From an uncultured Actinomycetota bacterium (lineage in GTDB: Bacteria; Actinomycetota; Actinomycetes; JAHEKZ01), in NCBI GenBank assembly GCA_963829525.1, contig CAWHIJ010000003.1, positions 1,984,001-2,048,000 of the forward strand: 64,000 nucleotides of DNA, given 5' to 3'. Shown piece by piece: positions 62,502 to 64,000 of this stretch. The position numbers and the translations under genes are program-made. How positions within the stretch are numbered: position 1 is the first letter of the stretch; each line of letters opens with the position of its first letter. The notes beneath the pieces were generated by a model that made no database searches, had not been told where the DNA came from, and saw only the letters and a list, made by a program, of their open reading frames with translations.

Positions 62502-62975
62502 ATGCCCAAGAACACCATCTGTCTCTGGTTCGACGGTGACGCCGAAGCAGCTGCACGCTTCTACGCTGCGACCTTCCCCGACAGCCGGGTAACGGCCGTC
62601 CACCAAGCCCCTGCCGACTACCCGTCCGGAAGCGCTGGAGACACACTGACAGTGGAGTTCACGGTCGCCGGCATCCCCTGTCTGGGCTTGAACGGCGGCC
62701 CCGGGTTCCCGCAGACCCAAGCCTTCTCGTTCCAGATCGCCACCGAGGACCAGGACGAGACCGACCGCTACTGGGACGCCATCATCGACAACGGCGGGCA
62801 GGAGAGCGCCTGCGGCTGGTGCACCGATCGCTGGGGCCTCTCATGGCAGATCACGCCACGCGTGCTGACCGATGCCATGGCCGCAGGCGGCGATGAGGCT
62901 CGGCGCGCCTTCGGGGCCATGCTGACGATGAAGAAGATCGACGTCGCGGCGATCGAGGCGGCCCGTCGCGGTTGA
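62502..62975 (+). CDS. VOC / PhnB-like (3-demethylubiquinone-9 3-methyltransferase family) protein
   Basis: ICLWFDG.AE.AA.FY, LNGGP and CGWCTDRWGLSWQI. Confidence 0.92.
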   Translation: MPKNTICLWFDGDAEAAARFYAATFPDSRVTAVHQAPADYPSGSAGDTLTVEFTVAGIPCLGLNGGPGFPQTQAFSFQIATEDQDETDRYWDAIIDNGGQESACGWCTDRWGLSWQITPRVLTDAMAAGGDEARRAFGAMLTMKKIDVAAIEAARRG

Positions 62976-63026
62976 CGCTCACGCCAGCCGGCCATCCGCT
63001 TGCATGTCCTGACCACTAGGGGGCTC

Positions 63027-63635
63027 ATGGTGTCGGACACCACCTGCCACATGTCGATCTCACTGGACGGCTTCGTCGCTGGTCCGGACCAGAGCCGGGA
63101 GGAGCCCCTGGGGAAGCGGGGGCGGGAGCTGCACACGTGGCACATCGGCGACCCGCGGGCCAACGAGGCTGACAGGGTCGCGACCGAGTGGCTCATGCGC
63201 CCCCGGGGTGCGTATGTGATGGGGCGGAACATGTTCGGCCCCATTCGCGGGGACTGGGACGAGGACTGGACTGGCTGGTGGGGTCCCGAACCGCCGTATC
63301 ACGCGCCGGTTTTCGTGCTGACCCATTACCGCCATGACTCGATCCAGATGGACGGGGGGACGACGTTCCACTTCGTCACCGAGGGTTTCGACGCGGCCTA
63401 CTCCGCAGCCCGTGAGGCTGCCGGTCGGCAACGGGGTAGACATCGCCGGTGGGGCCTCGACCGTTCGACAGGCGTTGACTGCCGGCGTGTCGACGAGCTC
63501 ACCCTCGACATCGCGCCGGTCCTGCTCGGTTCGGGCGAGCGCATCTTCGACGGGGTTGAGTCCTTCGGCTTCGAGCCCGCCGAGGTGCTTCACTCACCGC
63601 TGAGCACCCACATCCGGTACCGCCGCGTCGACTGA
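63027..63635 (+). CDS. Dihydrofolate reductase family protein with two compensating frameshifts
   Basis: SISLDGFVAGP and MGRNMFG. The conserved VDIAGGASTVRQAL motif is in another frame (about 63425-63490). Confidence 0.8.
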   Translation: MVSDTTCHMSISLDGFVAGPDQSREEPLGKRGRELHTWHIGDPRANEADRVATEWLMRPRGAYVMGRNMFGPIRGDWDEDWTGWWGPEPPYHAPVFVLTHYRHDSIQMDGGTTFHFVTEGFDAAYSAAREAAGRQRGRHRRWGLDRSTGVDCRRVDELTLDIAPVLLGSGERIFDGVESFGFEPAEVLHSPLSTHIRYRRVD

Positions 63636-63643
63636 AGGTGGCG

Positions 63644-64000
63644 GTGAGTGACGTGTTAGATGAGGGTCCGTTCTTCCACGGGACGAAAGCCGATCTGCGG
63701 GTGGGTGATCTCCTCACGGCAGGCTTCTGGTCCAACTACCGGCCCGATGTCTTGATGAACCACATCTACTTCACTGCAGTGATCGACGGTGCTGGGCTCG
63801 CTGCTGAGCTCGCGGCAGGTGAGGCTGCCCCGCGCGTCTACACCGTCGAGCCAACTGGGGCGTTCGAGGACGACCCGAACGTGACCGACAAGAAGTTCCC
63901 CGGAAATCCAACCCGGTCCTATCGCAGCAGAGAGCCTGTCAGAATCGTCGGTGAGGTGACCGAGTGGACGCGGCTAACCCCGGAGGCGCTCCAGGCATGG
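63644..64000 (+). CDS. arr: NAD(+)-rifampin ADP-ribosyltransferase (3'-truncated by window end)
   Basis: Not in the ORF track. Manual translation gives GPFFHGTKADL..GDLLTAG..SNY..MNHIYFT..GAGLAAELA..VEPTG.FEDDPNVTDKKFPGNPTRSYRS. Confidence 0.95.
   Translation, partial: MSDVLDEGPFFHGTKADLRVGDLLTAGFWSNYRPDVLMNHIYFTAVIDGAGLAAELAAGEAAPRVYTVEPTGAFEDDPNVTDKKFPGNPTRSYRSREPVRIVGEVTEWTRLTPEALQAW

Overview
High-GC actinobacterial chromosomal window. Gene order closely follows the conserved zapE-ribD-msrB-hemQ/hemG/hemE-DUF3000-rnd-dxs-trmA-APC-trkA(ceoBC)-dut-DUF4193-suhB block of Mycobacterium and Streptomyces. Streptomyces-like additions include a whiI-type regulator, fadAB, acnA, hemH, sepH, pat and parC. 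Accessory DNA lies in three places. (i) About 2.4-11.6 kb, splitting the ligC / Prim-PolC pair: a kinase-aminotransferase fusion, three tandem paralogous secreted proteins, a DUF222-HNH gene with a DNA-damage-type promoter and 32-bp repeats, and a heavily frameshifted GcvT-family oxidoreductase. (ii) About 21.8-29.9 kb, between rnd and fadA: small cargo genes and gene remnants. (iii) The right end: VOC, DHFR-like and a rifampin ADP-ribosyltransferase (arr). The most unusual signals are two orphan structured non-coding elements (7231-7342 and 34500-34644) that share an AGGT..AAGGC..GAG(G/A)GCACC(T/A)CGAC core and resemble IS110 left-end (bridge-RNA-like) sequences with no recombinase gene, plus the secreted paralog triplet. 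No rRNA, tRNA or CRISPR array was seen. All identifications come from motif recognition and recall, not database searches.
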